Shown here: in pieces, positions 29,951 to 43,529 of the stretch | Position numbering within the stretch: the first letter of the stretch is position 1 | Layout of the letters: every line of letters begins with the position of its first letter | Notes under the pieces: model-generated | The model's input: only the letters and a program-made list of their open reading frames with translations | Databases searched by the model: none | Told to the model about the DNA's origin: nothing | NCBI RefSeq assembly: GCF_964355755.1 | Contig: NC_092676.1 | Location: forward strand, 21,222,871-21,286,870 | Length of the DNA: 64,000 bases | Source of the DNA: Antedon mediterranea | Lineage: Eukaryota > Animalia > Echinodermata | Reading direction: 5' to 3' | Program-made: the position numbers and the translations under genes

Positions 29951-32803
29951 ATGGGCTCACGTTATGATTCTGAACCACGATGTGGAATTTCCTGTCTCAA
30001 ATACGTGCTTTTTATCTTCAATTTTTTCTTATGGGTGAGGCATACATTTGCATTTAATAATGGTGTACAGTTATGTCTCTAACTTATTCTAAATCTCTGT
30101 CTACACTATCAATTTTTTTATGTGTCAAAACAATGTTACAGTGCCCATATATGACCATGATGATAAATGTCATATTATTACAGTACTACCATATTCAGGC
30201 ACATCACATTGTTTTGCCACATAAAGTTTGATAGTGTAGACGTGACAGAGCTTTAGTAAATATTCAAGGGTTGTATTTTTTCATCATATGACTGCCTTTG
30301 ACTTATAAGTAAGATAATGTATTTGAGTATCAAAAAAGAAATTGTGTAACACTTTAAATGTTTTGCCATCTTTCGCATTATATTTTGCCAAATTTAGGTG
30401 AAGGGTGTGAGGGCGGGCTTTCACCCAAACGCTCCTAGCAGGATGTATTTAAACGCTTTGTTTTTCAGAGTAAATTTTGTAATTTGTTCTTCTGTTTTTT
30501 TTTTGTATTTAAAAAAATATATATTCATATAGTGTGGAGGAGCTGCAGTGACCGGTGTTGGAATCTGGACTTTAGTTGAAAAGTATGACTACGCTGGAGT
30601 TATGTGCAGCAACACATATGCTGCTGCTACATACATTCTACTCGTATCTGGCATTCTCATAATCTTTGTGGCCACCATGGGTTGCTGTGGTGCTGTACAA
30701 GAACAGAAATGCTGTCTTCTTATTGTAAGCTAACTTACCTAAAAGCATTTTCCCAAAATAAATTTAAATTACCTGTAAAGGCAAATGTAAAAAACTCTTA
30801 TTCTTTTTAACTATTTACAAACAACACGGAGCGGACAGGCAGTAGAAAAAAAAAGATACCGAGTGTGTGTGGGACAAGTTATGCTTGACATTGCCGCTCG
30901 TCTGTGTAAATTGGCCTTTAGTCTATAAATAATCAATCGTATTGCAAAGATTAGAATGGTTGTAGTGCCCATCAATGATTATATGTTGGTCAAAAAATTG
31001 ATTATTTGAAGATATTATACATGCCTTGAACCATAAACATATGATATCCATTTTGATACATTTTTTTTTTTATAAAGATAAGGTAATTAAAAATCCGTCT
31101 TTTCAGTATTTCTTGCTGATATTCTTCATATTTCTGCTGGAACTTGTTGCTGGCATTGTAGCTTATGCATACAGACAGCAGGTATAGTATTGTACTTATA
31201 ATAAAGTGTAAATATTTGTAAATAAATGAATGGCATATTAATTTGATAAATTTAATTGTAGAATGTAATTTTTTTTTTGGGTTTATTTTCTGCTTTCTGT
31301 TCTGAGTTGACCAACTAGCATAGGTGTCTAGCATAGGTGTCTAGCATAGGTGTTTAGCATCTGTTTGGTCTTGCCTTTTATGTTTGTTTTGTCTTCTTTG
31401 TATTGTATATGGTAGAAAGTTTAAATAAAAATAAATAAATTGTAACCTTTAGATTGATACTGAATTACAAAACTGCTTGAATGAATCCTTAGTGGAGAAG
31501 TATGGACAACCAGGCTATGAAGCCTTCACGGAGTCATTTGATGCTATGCAAGGATATGTAAGTGATAATTAAAACACCTTAATGTACAAGTTCAGGAAAT
31601 GACCCACGGAAATGTTGCGTACTTTGATATACTTGAGACATTTATTTAGATGTTTAGGTAGAGCAAAATAATAATATTGGGTGAAAAGCCTATGTAGCAG
31701 CACACATGACATACTTATTTTTTTTACTCCAAACTATAAATACCTACTGTCCAATGTAATGTTGCATGTAATATATCTTATCTCTGTATATACATTGTAT
31801 ATACAGAGATAAGATAAAACTGGTTCACCTTTTTCAAATTTAAAATTATATTTTGAAACCTATATGCTTTTTTTTTGCCAGTTTAATTGCTGTGGTGCTG
31901 CTTCTTATAAGGACTGGGATACTAGCATGTGGAAGAAAACACAGGAGGGAGTTAACAAAGTGCCTGACAGCTGTTGCAAGTCGGAGATGTATCAGTGTGG
32001 TATCCGTGATCACGCTTCTAACATTTACAGACGCGTAATTATCTATTTTATATTTTAGATACCGATCCGGAACTTCGTTTGTAGACATGTTTTTTTATGC
32101 TTAGATCTTATGCAAAATTAAATTTGTAAAATGTATTGTGGAATATGAGATACACCTTGTTTTGCATTTCTTCTTTTCAGGGATGTAAAGATGGTCTTGG
32201 TGATTACATAGGAAACCAGTTGCTTGTCATTCTACTTGTCTGTCTCGGTGTTTGTGTGTTCCAGGTGAGGGCAGGTTATTCTTGAAATTTTTATACTTAG
32301 TTGCTTCCGAACTGGGGACTAAAATTGATTTGATAACGTTTGTATGACGTCCATTTGTATAACGATCATTGCTCATGGTGCTTTGAAATCGGATGTTACA
32401 CTTACACTACGAGCTTCTCCCCTAATAATAATATAATAATTGTTGGACTATATAATAATACATAAAGCCTCTATGCGCTTCACATAACAATATAAGTAAT
32501 CCATGAAATAAATAAAATAAAAAAGAGTAATTAAAAATGAGTGACAGGCTATACAATATATAAATCTCACCTGAATTGAATATAGTTTATCAAGGAGTCA
32601 TGTCAGTGTAAATAATTATTAAGGCACTCTCTCATAGTAATAATATGCCTATATTTGTGTGATCTTGAACAATTCTTATAATTTTGTTTTCTTTTTTTTT
32701 AATACTAATTATACTGTGTTCTTTTCTGTTGCAGATACTTGGTTTAATTTTCTCCATGTGTCTTCTTTGTCATCTGAAGCATGAAGATGATGATATTTAT
32801 TGA
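29951..32803 (+). CDS. CD151: CD151/TSPAN11-like tetraspanin (253 aa)
   Basis: Exons 29951-30034 (CGISCLKYVLFIFNFFLW), 30533-30724, 31107-31181, 31453-31557, 31882-32034 (FNCCG...VPDSCCK...CGIRDHASNIY, the CD151-type motif), 32181-32264, 32735-32803 (TGA). Confidence 0.9.
30090..30255. mobile_element. PIF/Harbinger-like MITE (near-complete)
   Basis: TAAATCTCTGTCTACACTATCAA ... TTTGATAGTGTAGAC(GTGAC)AGAGCTTTA inverted termini. Confidence 0.75.
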
Positions 32804-34782
32804 TGTGGGAAAACAAAACATCATACTTACAATGGAATGGTATGCATTTTAGAAATATGATTGCTAATTAAATGTCATGTATGGACATGACTTTAGAATA
32901 TATAAATTAGCTGAATTAAATGTGTGTTTACACTGAAGACAAACCAAAGAGGTTTCTTAGTTTGATATCAATAGAAATTGTTTTTTTTTATAATATAATT
33001 ATTGTAAACTTTAATAAATCTATAAATAAAACTTCATGTTTTTATATTTCCAATTTAGGCTAAAGTTTGCTAAGCATTCTCTGTCTGGTTGTTATGTTAT
33101 ACTGTTTTATTTTGATTTAAAATGGTTTTATTTTTCTGTTTTCTTTTCAATTTCATCATAGCTTGCACTCCATCCTAAAAGCTACCGTTCTCATTTCAAT
33201 GTTATGCAATACATTACATTTATGATTTTTAATGCTTTTCATGTGAAAATATATTTGGTGCAGTTTTGACATTTTTGTTCCAAAGTGTTTTGTTAAATGT
33301 ATTAAAACTATACCGCCAAACTCTTCCCACGATCATTTAAAAACTGCTGTTTTAAAAAAATAAATATAGCTTGTCTTCAATTTATCAACTAGTGCTATCG
33401 AAGTTTGTTTATGTGTGAATGTTTATCTTCTGCTTTTTCTAGTAATGTTCTTACTTGCCAAATCATGACTATACTGTAATGATTATATATTAAGTACACA
33501 GTCCATATCATTTTTATTTCAAACTCTGTATCTGTATAAGTTTTTTTTTGTAAGTGACCAAAATTAATATTTTTATAAATCTATAAACATGTGGTAACAC
33601 TGTACAATATATGTATAATTATAAAAAAACACAAAATATATTCAACCATCATATTACATAATACAACTGTATTTTAGGCCTAATAAACAACTTTCTCATG
33701 CTTTGGTACTTACAAAATACAAATTTATGCCATATTTTATCATAGTATACTTGATTTAGTGTGTTTAGTAATTTATAATATAGATCATTTATGATATAGT
33801 ATAATAGATAATTTATAATAATCTATGCTAATTTATGCTAATAGATGTAGTCAAATGATAAGTTCCAGTATTATTAAAAAATTAAAATCTTGATATTGTT
33901 TATTGCTTTGATAATTTATATAGTTATAGAAGTGTGTATAGTTTTTTGTTTTTTCCCGATGATGAATTTCTATAATTGTACTAACATTGCATATAAACGA
34001 TTAAATAACTTTACATAATGTGTTTACTATAAAGCTATAATTAAATTGGGCCATGTGCTGATATAGACTATTTTGGTCTATTCAATTCCAAGTTTATCTG
34101 GATAAACCAACAGTAGCCATTGTTCTCCTGAAAGAGAGCTATGCTATTGATAAATAAAGTTCCATATGCGATAATGGACTAGCCCAACATAAAAGAAAGT
34201 GGCTTAATTGTTTATGGTATTATTGTATAGGTCTACCAGTACACTGTAATACCTAAGATTACACTATGTATAAAATACAATTAAAAACTAACAGAACTAT
34301 AATTGAATTGCTTTGCCATGTTAGTTATTACATTTTTGCTTTTAATTTATAGAAATTGATTTTTTTTTTAAATTTCATTTATTTTGTCTCATAAAAATAC
34401 AATATAAAAAAACATGGACATGAACAAGAAAACATCACACAATACCAGGCAGAGACAGGATTCCTAAAAAGCGAACTTAATCACTATCTAGTAGGTCTCC
34501 TTGATAATTTAGTTAGAAATGATGTTAGTTTGTAGTCACATTTGTGCGTGTTATTTGTCAGGTAGCTTTAATATTAATGTGTAAATTATTTGATACGAAA
34601 GTAATAAACACATCTGGGATGTTTTACATTATAGTTTTGGATTTTCTTCTTGATTTTGTTTTCAATTTGGGATCAAAGATAGGAAATCGGAGGTGTAAAA
34701 AGAGCAACGTAGATATCGATCATAGACACGTTATAATTATAAACAGTTTGGTTCACTATTGGCCGTACAGCACGTAACGATC

Positions 34783-35047
34783 TGGGGCGGATCTAGGGCG
34801 CGACTAGTAACAATAGATAACATTTTTTGGTGTTCAATAAATGCGAAAGTCAAGAAGTCACCGATGAAGATATTTCCGATACGGGTCACCATAAACGCTA
34901 TAATAAGGCCGAAAAAATGTTTGTTTGTTTGCCCTCCCTCCTTAATGGAAAATTGTTATGGTAAAAAGTTTGTAGTTATTACTGAAATCGTATCTTTCGC
35001 TATTCTTAAATCTTTCGAAAAATAGAGCTCCTAGGTCCGGCCCCCTG
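34783..35047. mobile_element. short TIR element (hAT-like termini)
   Basis: GGGGCGGATCTAGG ... CCTAGGTCCGGCCCCCTG imperfect inverted termini. Confidence 0.45.
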
Positions 35048-35090
35048 CATTGACCTCGATCGTCAACACCTTTCGTCAGTAGTGTGGATA

Positions 35091-35522
35091 CCGTAAATCT
35101 TCTAATAGTAACCCACTACTCTAATAGTAACCCCACTTCTGATAGTAACCCACCTTATAAGTCAATCTATAATAATAATAACCCACTACTCTAATAGCAA
35201 CCCATGGGGATTACTATTAGAGTCACAAAAACATATGATGCAGCTTTATTTTGAAAATAACGAGATAATGCATGTTTATTTCGGGAGTGGGGGAAGATTG
35301 AGTGTTTTTGAGTTTAGAAAATAAAGTTAGAGTTCAACCAATTTTTTTTATTCGTATACTGTTTTATTATTTTGCTATGAGTTGCTGACCGGAAGAGTTG
35401 GGGATGGGTTACTATTTTCAGGTGCCTAATTTAAGATCAGTAATAGTAACCCCCATTCTAATAGTCCCCACCCTAAAAAACAATCAAATAATAATAACCC
35501 AGGGTTACAAATAGATTTACGG
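35091..35522. mobile_element. Tc1/mariner-type MITE with subterminal AATAGTAACCC repeats
   Basis: TA-CCGTAAATCT ... AGATTTACGG-TA, with multiple CTAATAGTAACCC motifs in both orientations. Confidence 0.7.
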
Positions 35523-36490
35523 TATACCTCCCGTGAAGAATCTAATTATGACTATTAAAAGGGAATAATATACGGTATGTTTATGGTATAATATGTCAAA
35601 ATAAAGATTTTAAAATTCGTGTAATTTGTGTAAAATACGATACTTATAATTCTTACTTATGTCTTTTTAATGTGTGATTCTTGTTGATTCTAATATCAAT
35701 TGTTTTTTTATATTTGTTTGTAATTTGCTTAGGTTAATCCTCCGACCTCTTTTGTTACTCCAAAAATATGTAACAGTCGAAATGAAGTGAATTAAAACAG
35801 ATTATTCTGTGAATAGGAATAACAATGCATAATGATGTTTTCAGTTTTTTTTTATGACAAAATTGTTATATGTACTGTTTTATATTTGTTAAATCTGCTT
35901 TTAAAAATGTTTTATTTATTTTTATAGCAAAAAAAAAAATGAAATGAAAAGTATACAGTAGTTGTATCAGGAGGTATTTTACCTCCAGCTCCCATGGTTG
36001 GATTCACGACGATGATTTTCACAGTTGGCACATTTCGCGTTTCATACCACTTATAATGACAAAATGTTGTCATGACTTCGTCCGCAATTTAAAACTTTTA
36101 TTTGGACTATTTCTGTCACATTATGAGCTAATAATTTACTATACTACTATCATCATCATAATATTGGGCGAACATTGTATGCGTTTAGTTCTAAAAACAA
36201 ATCGTAGGCCCAAGTTTGGTTAGGCCTAGGCCCTAGCCCACCAACCAAGGATTGCCTGACAGCAGTGACAGCAGTCTGTCTGCAACTAAAAAGGGCGACT
36301 GCTGCAGCCTAGTAACCCGGCCTAGGCCGAGGGGGATAGGGCCTAGCCTGGTACTACTGTATACTCCCTCTCGTCAATCTAAGAGTGGCTACTACCTAGG
36401 CTTAGCCTTGAGTTGGCCTACTATACTAGCTGAGCCTATCATAATTATGTTATGTTGTTGAGATTTAATGCCAAATTGTTATTAGCAAAC

Positions 36491-39400
36491 ATGCAAAGAA
36501 ATGTGACCAAATCAGTAAAGAAAAAGTCTTCATCAGGAGGAGGGAAAGGGCATGCAAAGAAGGGTAAGTTAGGCCTAGGCTATAGTATGCCAATCTGAAC
36601 CCCAAGGATGTCGACAAGCTTTATCATTTTAAAATGTATTTAACTGTTTCTCTTAGAAAGCACAAGACCAAAGACAAGTATATCCACTAATATCCCCAGT
36701 AGTGGTATCCATATATCAGCGTCTTCCAGTAGTGTCAATAATCTCAACCCAAGAAGAAATGTCAGTCAGAAATCAAATCCTCAAAAGTCCGCAGTTGGAC
36801 TTGAAAAATCTTTTCAAAAGTTAACTTTACGAGAAAAGAGTACATCTGCAACAAGGTAACATTGGAACTATATTTCTCTATTATTTTTGTAAACATGCAT
36901 ACACATATAGGTTGCAAGGTTGTGATTAAATGTAGAATATAGATGGTTAAATTTTGGTTTTATCAGAGGGATTCAATCCGGACTTATTACGGCCATACTC
37001 CATCGAAACACCTGTTCTTGTCAGGTCCAAGAAGTTAAGCAATGTTGGGCCCTGTTCCATTCTTTGATTGAAGACTGCCAGGTACTTTTGACAGAGAGCG
37101 ATGGATGAAAAATTACAGTAAATCGTATCAACTCAACTTACTTTATTAAAATAGCAAACGTTATTCGACCAAAAATTCCAGGTCATAATATATTCTTATG
37201 TTCTACCTGGATGAATGATAACCTTTTTTAAAAAATTGTATTTTCTTTAGATGTGTGACTCGTTCAATTTCCTCAAGCACTTGCAAATCATTAGAAGATG
37301 TGGCTAGATGGATTCTAAGTCAAAAAAGTAAGAATATTGTAGTGATGGCAGGAGCTGGTATTAGCACACCAAGTGGAATACCAGATTTCAGGTAATACAT
37401 AACTATACTGATAATATTGTACATATGTCCCTAATGTTCAAGAGTATACTGACATGAAAATACAGCATGACTATGTGGCAATAGAAAGAGAGGCTTACTG
37501 TATTATTATAGCATTGTAGATGTATTTTTTATAATGATGCATGCATGATGTAGTATCAAATGCTATAGTATCGAATACTCAAATATTAACTTCAGAAGCT
37601 GTAAAACTGCCTCTAAAATAAACAAATTCAAATGAAAAAACATCCGCACAAATATGCTTTATAAAATAGCATATCAATATTTTGGCCTTGAGACTGAGTA
37701 GCAGTGTATTGCCAGTTAGACTCCCTGTTATTTCCCGAGAAACTTGCACTCAAATTATTAGTAAAATATATTCATGGTTCAATATTCAGAAAAGGATATC
37801 ATTTTGTATGCTATTTTAATTTTTCAGAACCCCTGGCACTGGTCTATATGACAATCTACAGCAGTACCGAATTCCATATCCAGAAGCTATATTTGACATT
37901 GACTACTTCCACAAGGATCCTCGACCCTTCTTTGCCTTGGCTAGGGAGCTATATCCTGGAAACTTCAAGCCAAACTATGTTCACTATTTTGTAAGGATGC
38001 TTCATGAGAAAGGACTGCTTTTGAGGATGTACACACAAAATATTGATGGACTTGAGAGATGTATGTCAATAATAAGATTAATATACAGTAGAACACTTAA
38101 GGTTTCACTTTCAGGACACATGAAAATGTCCGTTTAATAGGGGTGTCCCCTGATCAGTCATGTTCCAAAGGAGGGTCTTTTGACCCTGTTGTGTACAAGT
38201 GCTTCTGTCTGATTCAGTTGGATGGAATAAGAAGCTTGCATATTTTCCAAGAAATATATCCAGATTAATAATTAAATTTAAAAGTTCAACCATATTGTTA
38301 TATACATGGCGTTCATGGATGTAGGATCAAAAGCAATATTTATTGATATTAATATTAATTCATTAAATTCATTAAAATATGCTAAATTCTATTCTAATAA
38401 TTGTTCTTTACCAGTGGCTGGTATTCCTGCTGTGAAGCTGGTAGAAGCCCATGGGACATTCTCAACTGCATCATGTGTTAAATGCGGATCAAAGAGTAAT
38501 GGACAAGAAATCAAGGTAAGAATGGGTTTTCTATAACGTATGGCTTATGTCGACATAAAACTCAATGCAACTCAAAATTATCTCAACTAAACTGAAAGGA
38601 ATAAGTTGAGCAAGAGCTTTTATGTCAACTGAACGAAATTGAAAGGAACCAGTGTGCGAGTGCTTATGTCAACATAAACCGCCTTAAAGCCTATTGTAGA
38701 GCTTAGGTGCGAGAAGGAATACTAATAATAGTATTGGTATGTTATAATTTTCTTTTTCTTAAGGCTACAATTCTGTCTGGCAATGTACCAAAGTGTTCTA
38801 AAAGATCGTGTTTTGGTGTTGTGAAGCCGGACATTGTATTCTTTGGTGAAGATCTTCCTAAGAGGTTTTTCTACTATCTTAAAGACTTTCCACAGTGCGA
38901 TCTACTTATTGTTATGGGGACATCATTACAGGTAAAAAAAGCAAGAATACAGTCATTTTCTTGATCTTAAAGGGTAACTCCATGTTTACAGTTTATAGTT
39001 AATTATCATTAGTATACCCTCTTGGAAGGTATTAGATGTTTTTTCTGTAAATCTGTAGTCAATTTGTGTCCCAAAAAAAATACATAGGCCTTTATTTGAT
39101 ACGCTCAGTTGCGCTCTTTTCTAGTTATATATAATTCTTTTCAGGTTTACCCATTTGCTGATATTGTTAATTCAGTAAGAAGCTACATCCCTCGACTACT
39201 CATCAACCGGGAAATTGTTGAGCCATTTAAATCCAAAAAGCGAGTGAATGATGTTGCAAGAGAGGGCGATCTTGTTGAAGGTGTCCGCAAGTTTGCTCAA
39301 GTTCTAGGTTGGAAGAAAGCAATGGATGATCTTATTATTGAGTGTGAAAAGAAGTTGGTAAGTTTTGATTAAACATGACATGTCCACCAAGCATAGATTA

Positions 39401-40568
39401 TCTTTATTTTTTGACATGAAACAAATATTAAAGTATCATCCAGAAAACATCTACCATCGTTCCGTGGATGCAATCTGAACTAAAATAGGATCATTCATAA
39501 TCAATGAACTTATTAAAGCAATTGCTATCCCCTCCTACATCAAACTGTATAGATTTTTGTCATTTACAAACTGGTTTAGTCGTCGTGAGGTGGTTTCCCG
39601 AATGATCGTAAAATCAAAACGGTACTGGGTATGACCAACTAGCGTTATTGTCACCGGCTAGTCATCCATTCATAGAAGTACTAATGTAGTAGCCTACCTG
39701 TACGGTGACCATAGAATGTGACCCGAGGCATGACTAACTACGACTCTTAGATGATAGAAAGTTGAGAAAAATGTTACGAGTAGTTGTACGACATGAAGAT
39801 GTTTATGAAATTATGTCAATAATGTTTACACACTAGGCATACAAATAGTAATGTTTGTTAGTAAAAATAATTTTGAGTTAATAAGAATAAGATATAAGGA
39901 AATAGTTTATCAACGTGGATGTGCAGGAGTTTATTGTGGTCAGGGTATTTTAGGTGTATTATGAGGTATCAAAACAATAGGAATTATACTGGAATTTGTA
40001 TAAAGTTCTGTTTACACTGTCAAACTAGTTTGACAAAAGAAGTGTGTAAATTGCCCAAATAGGGTAGTAATATGCTTAAATATGATAGTATATGGACAAA
40101 ACACATTTTTTCGTCACATATAGTTTGATAGTGTAGACAGAGCTTAATACAAACAAATATTAACAACATTGACCAATTGTAGGGTCACTAAAACATCATT
40201 TTACTTAATTATTTTAATAGGAAGAGCAAGCTGAAAAGGATAAAGCAGTGGAGAAATTAAAACAAACAAACAATTCAAATAATGGCACAAAACCATTAGA
40301 AGGTGCTCAATCAGATCCAATGTCTTCTAAAAATGGCCTGTTGAGATCACATCCAAGCACACGTAATATACACACTGCTATACGGCAGATTAAGTCTGAT
40401 TCTGTGTTGGACGTTCGTAGAAAACAGCTACAATCTGCAGCAAGTAGTATACGATTGCCACAACTTGCCAAAAGGTCGACTTACTTTTCTAAGAAAGATA
40501 ACTCAAGTAGTGATGAATCAACAAGTAGTTCTAAAGAAAGTACTAGTTCTAGTGATAATCTAGAGTAG
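36491..40568 (+). CDS. SIRT3: NAD-dependent deacetylase, sirtuin-3-like (~491 aa)
   Basis: Exons 36491-36563, 36657-36855, 37251-37391 ([14 protein letters not shown]), 37828-38060 (PYPEAIF...[10 protein letters not shown]), 38415-38515 (EAHG), 38764-38931 ([13 protein letters not shown]), 39145-39357 (PRLLINRE), 40221-40568 (TAG). Phases join in frame. The first two exons are less certain. Confidence 0.9.
36988..37085 (+). pseudogene. 5S rRNA-derived fragment (pseudogene or SINE3-type head)
   Basis: TACGGCCATAC...GAAACACCTGTTCTTGTC...GAAGTTAAGCA..GTTGGGCC...GAAGACTGCC is collinear with the metazoan 5S rRNA consensus but has many substitutions. Confidence 0.65.
40001..40147. mobile_element. 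PIF/Harbinger-like MITE (further fragment ~40912-41090)
   Basis: TAAAGTTCTGTTTACACTGTCAAACT ... AGTTTGATAGTGTAGACAGAGCTTAA. Confidence 0.7.
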
Positions 40569-42129
40569 AAATGATAATGATGTCGATCAATGCATTTTTG
40601 TTATGCCTGAGTGATTTCATAAGCAAAGGCATAATGGTAATATGGAAGTATACTACTTTACATGGATTCTTGTGGTATTTCGACGTCAGCAATTTCATGA
40701 TATCGAATTCACATGTGATTGTGAAATGTTGTGATTCAGAGCAATAATGCTGTATTTCGGGAAGAATAGAATGTACATTTTTGGAGGAACTTAGCAATTA
40801 CTATGCAGACTATTAATTTATTATCACTAGAAATAGAACAATTATATACAGTATTTCAATCTTTGATGCAATATCAACTTCCACATTATTTAAGTTTTTT
40901 TAAGTGGCACCAAAGATCTCTCTACAGTATCAAACTTTTTGTGACAAAAAAAATGTTATGTGCCCATATATGGACATGATGTTAAATAAAATTTGTACTA
41001 TTTTTTGGTTGAATAAATATTACGAAATGAAAAAAAAAAACCTGAATATTAGGGCATATCACTACCAGTGCTACTACTAGTTTGATAGTGCTGAAGTAAT
41101 GGACAACATTCAACCTCAATACTTAGTATAGATGGCATAGCAATTGAATTATGAAAACAATTTTCCAGAATACAATACAAAACAGTAGAGGATTAATATT
41201 TAAATGTACGCTGCTACCCAATCTCCATGTAAATAATTGATGTTTTATAAGCTACAAACTTTACATAAATAATAATTAAATCACTAAAATATCACTAAAC
41301 TTATTGATGAATTCTGTAACAGTTAGTAAATTTTCAAATATTTAACATTATTATTTCGTCTGAGAGTAAACTATAAATTCTTTACAGATTTACAATTTTT
41401 ATTGAATCTTTCATTAATTGTATGGCTGTTAATTAAAAACAGTTTCAACTCAAGTTATATGCCTAGAGGTCAAATGATCGACCAATGGATCCGTTCCAGC
41501 AAATATTTGACTGCATAATGCGATCCTTGAAATGTTGCATCCCAGACAACTTCTAGTGGGGTATGCCTCAATAACTCTATTATATCTTCGTCTATCACCT
41601 TCACTGTTACTTAAATGAACCAATTTGTCAATGTGTAAACAATTTAGGTAGTTCAATATCAGAAACGCATACAGGATCGCCAGGGACTGAACATAGGTAC
41701 AGTGGGCTGTGATGAACAAAAACAAAGCGCAGTGTGGCTGACTTCTTCGAAGATGAACCCTCGTAGTAGTAGTAATGAAATGCTATCTTCACTAAAACGG
41801 GCATGGATTGGCTCATTTTCAACTTACACCAAATACATGAACTAAAGGCCATATAAGAACAATTTTGGCACCAACATTTCACAACACATTGAAACTGATG
41901 GCGTACTGTAACTTATATAGTATCCTAAAAAAAATATTCCTAAAAACATTCAAAATGTTTTTTTTTTTAGAATGTATGATTTTTACAAATCTAATCCCAC
42001 TTTGCTGAGTTACTGTATGTCCAATGAAACATTAGTTGATGTTTTGATTTTAATACTCTATGTTATATTAATACAAGTGCAAACTTTGTATTTCACATGG
42101 ATATTAGACCACAGAATACTATTATTTGT

Positions 42130-42433
42130 TTAATTAAATCAGACGTTGGATAGATTATTTTGTAGTTTTAATAAAGTTAATCACTTCCATAGAAAAAAAA
42201 ATGTTTTCACTAATAAAATGACAAAATTTGAATTGACTAAATTCAACCAAAACCTCACTGGCTGGCAGCCAATTTGACTATTTCTTTGCTTTAAATTACT
42301 GTTTTTCAGGCAAATACATTTTTTTCAGTCCAATTTTTGGAGGGTAAGAGGATAACTATTATGTGAAATTAAAATGGCATATTCAACAAAAAATTGTAAA
42401 ATTATTTTTTTCAGGGTGGCAATACATCTTCAA
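42130..42433 (+). mobile_element. TTAA-type MITE (Kolobok-like), third copy
   Basis: Contains TGGCTGGCAGCCAATTTGACT and ends GGCAATACATCTTCAA. Confidence 0.65.
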
Positions 42434-43529
42434 GGTTTGTTATCAGTTCAACATTTTGTTTACTTAGTTGGTTTTTTTTCCGTTGTTGTTTTTAATAATT
42501 ATTGTCATAATTTATTCAGTTCTAAATAAACTGTGCCATTTGACTTAGTCGCTTTATATCCGGTGGTTAGTTATCTGATGCTCTTTTAAAAATGTTACAC
42601 ATTTCCCATACAAACGTGGCGGATTGGTATAGTAAGTGAACTATATGTTATGCATACTACAGCTGCCGTTTGGAAAATAAATCTTCCTTCACAATAATTT
42701 CATGGAAAAAACATGATAGATATGTTTCAGCCAGTACGCGCAATGATTATGGGCATGGGAGTTATTCCCGGAGTTATTGTTGGTGCTTTAGCCTATTGAG
42801 CATGAGTAAGAAATTCATACCATTGGCTGAGTTGTGACAACTTTTCACGGGCAAAATGCTGCAGCCGTTTGATTCATTTAAGCTTTTAATTCTTTGGATT
42901 AGGTCTATACAACAATCTATTTACATGTTTGGTAACAGGATTCAGAGAGTAGACTATTATCAAAACGCAACGATCTAAAGAAAACATCATAAAGGCTGAA
43001 TTTATATACTTCATTTGAATAAACGGGACCTCGAAAAAAGACAATCTGTGGTTACGGGTTACAATGGTTAGAGGAATTCAAGGATTATGAACTGTATAGA
43101 TATTGAATACCTTTTTTTCAATTGTAAACTTGTTAGTTTATATCCGAGTCTCACATTAACTATACTTGATACAATTTGATCAGTGTTTATTCTATTTCTG
43201 AAACGTTTCTGATTTTGTAAGTACACTGTTTTTCATTCTTCTATTTTACCTTTCATAACAGCATCAAGTCTTAAAGAATGAATAGCTAAAATAGTTAGGA
43301 ATTTTTTAAAAACTATAACTGTACTATCCATAATTTTTTATTTAAAGACTCTTGCGATAACATAATGAGTGAATACCTAATGATCATACGACCTTTCTTT
43401 ATTCTCATGAGTATATCTTTTCAAGTTTGGCAAGGTGTTTTAAAGCGTATAATTAAAGTAACAAGTTCGGAAAAAAAAACAAAAAAACAACTGAATTATT
43501 ATTTTTTCTAAGGCTTCTACATAAGTAAG

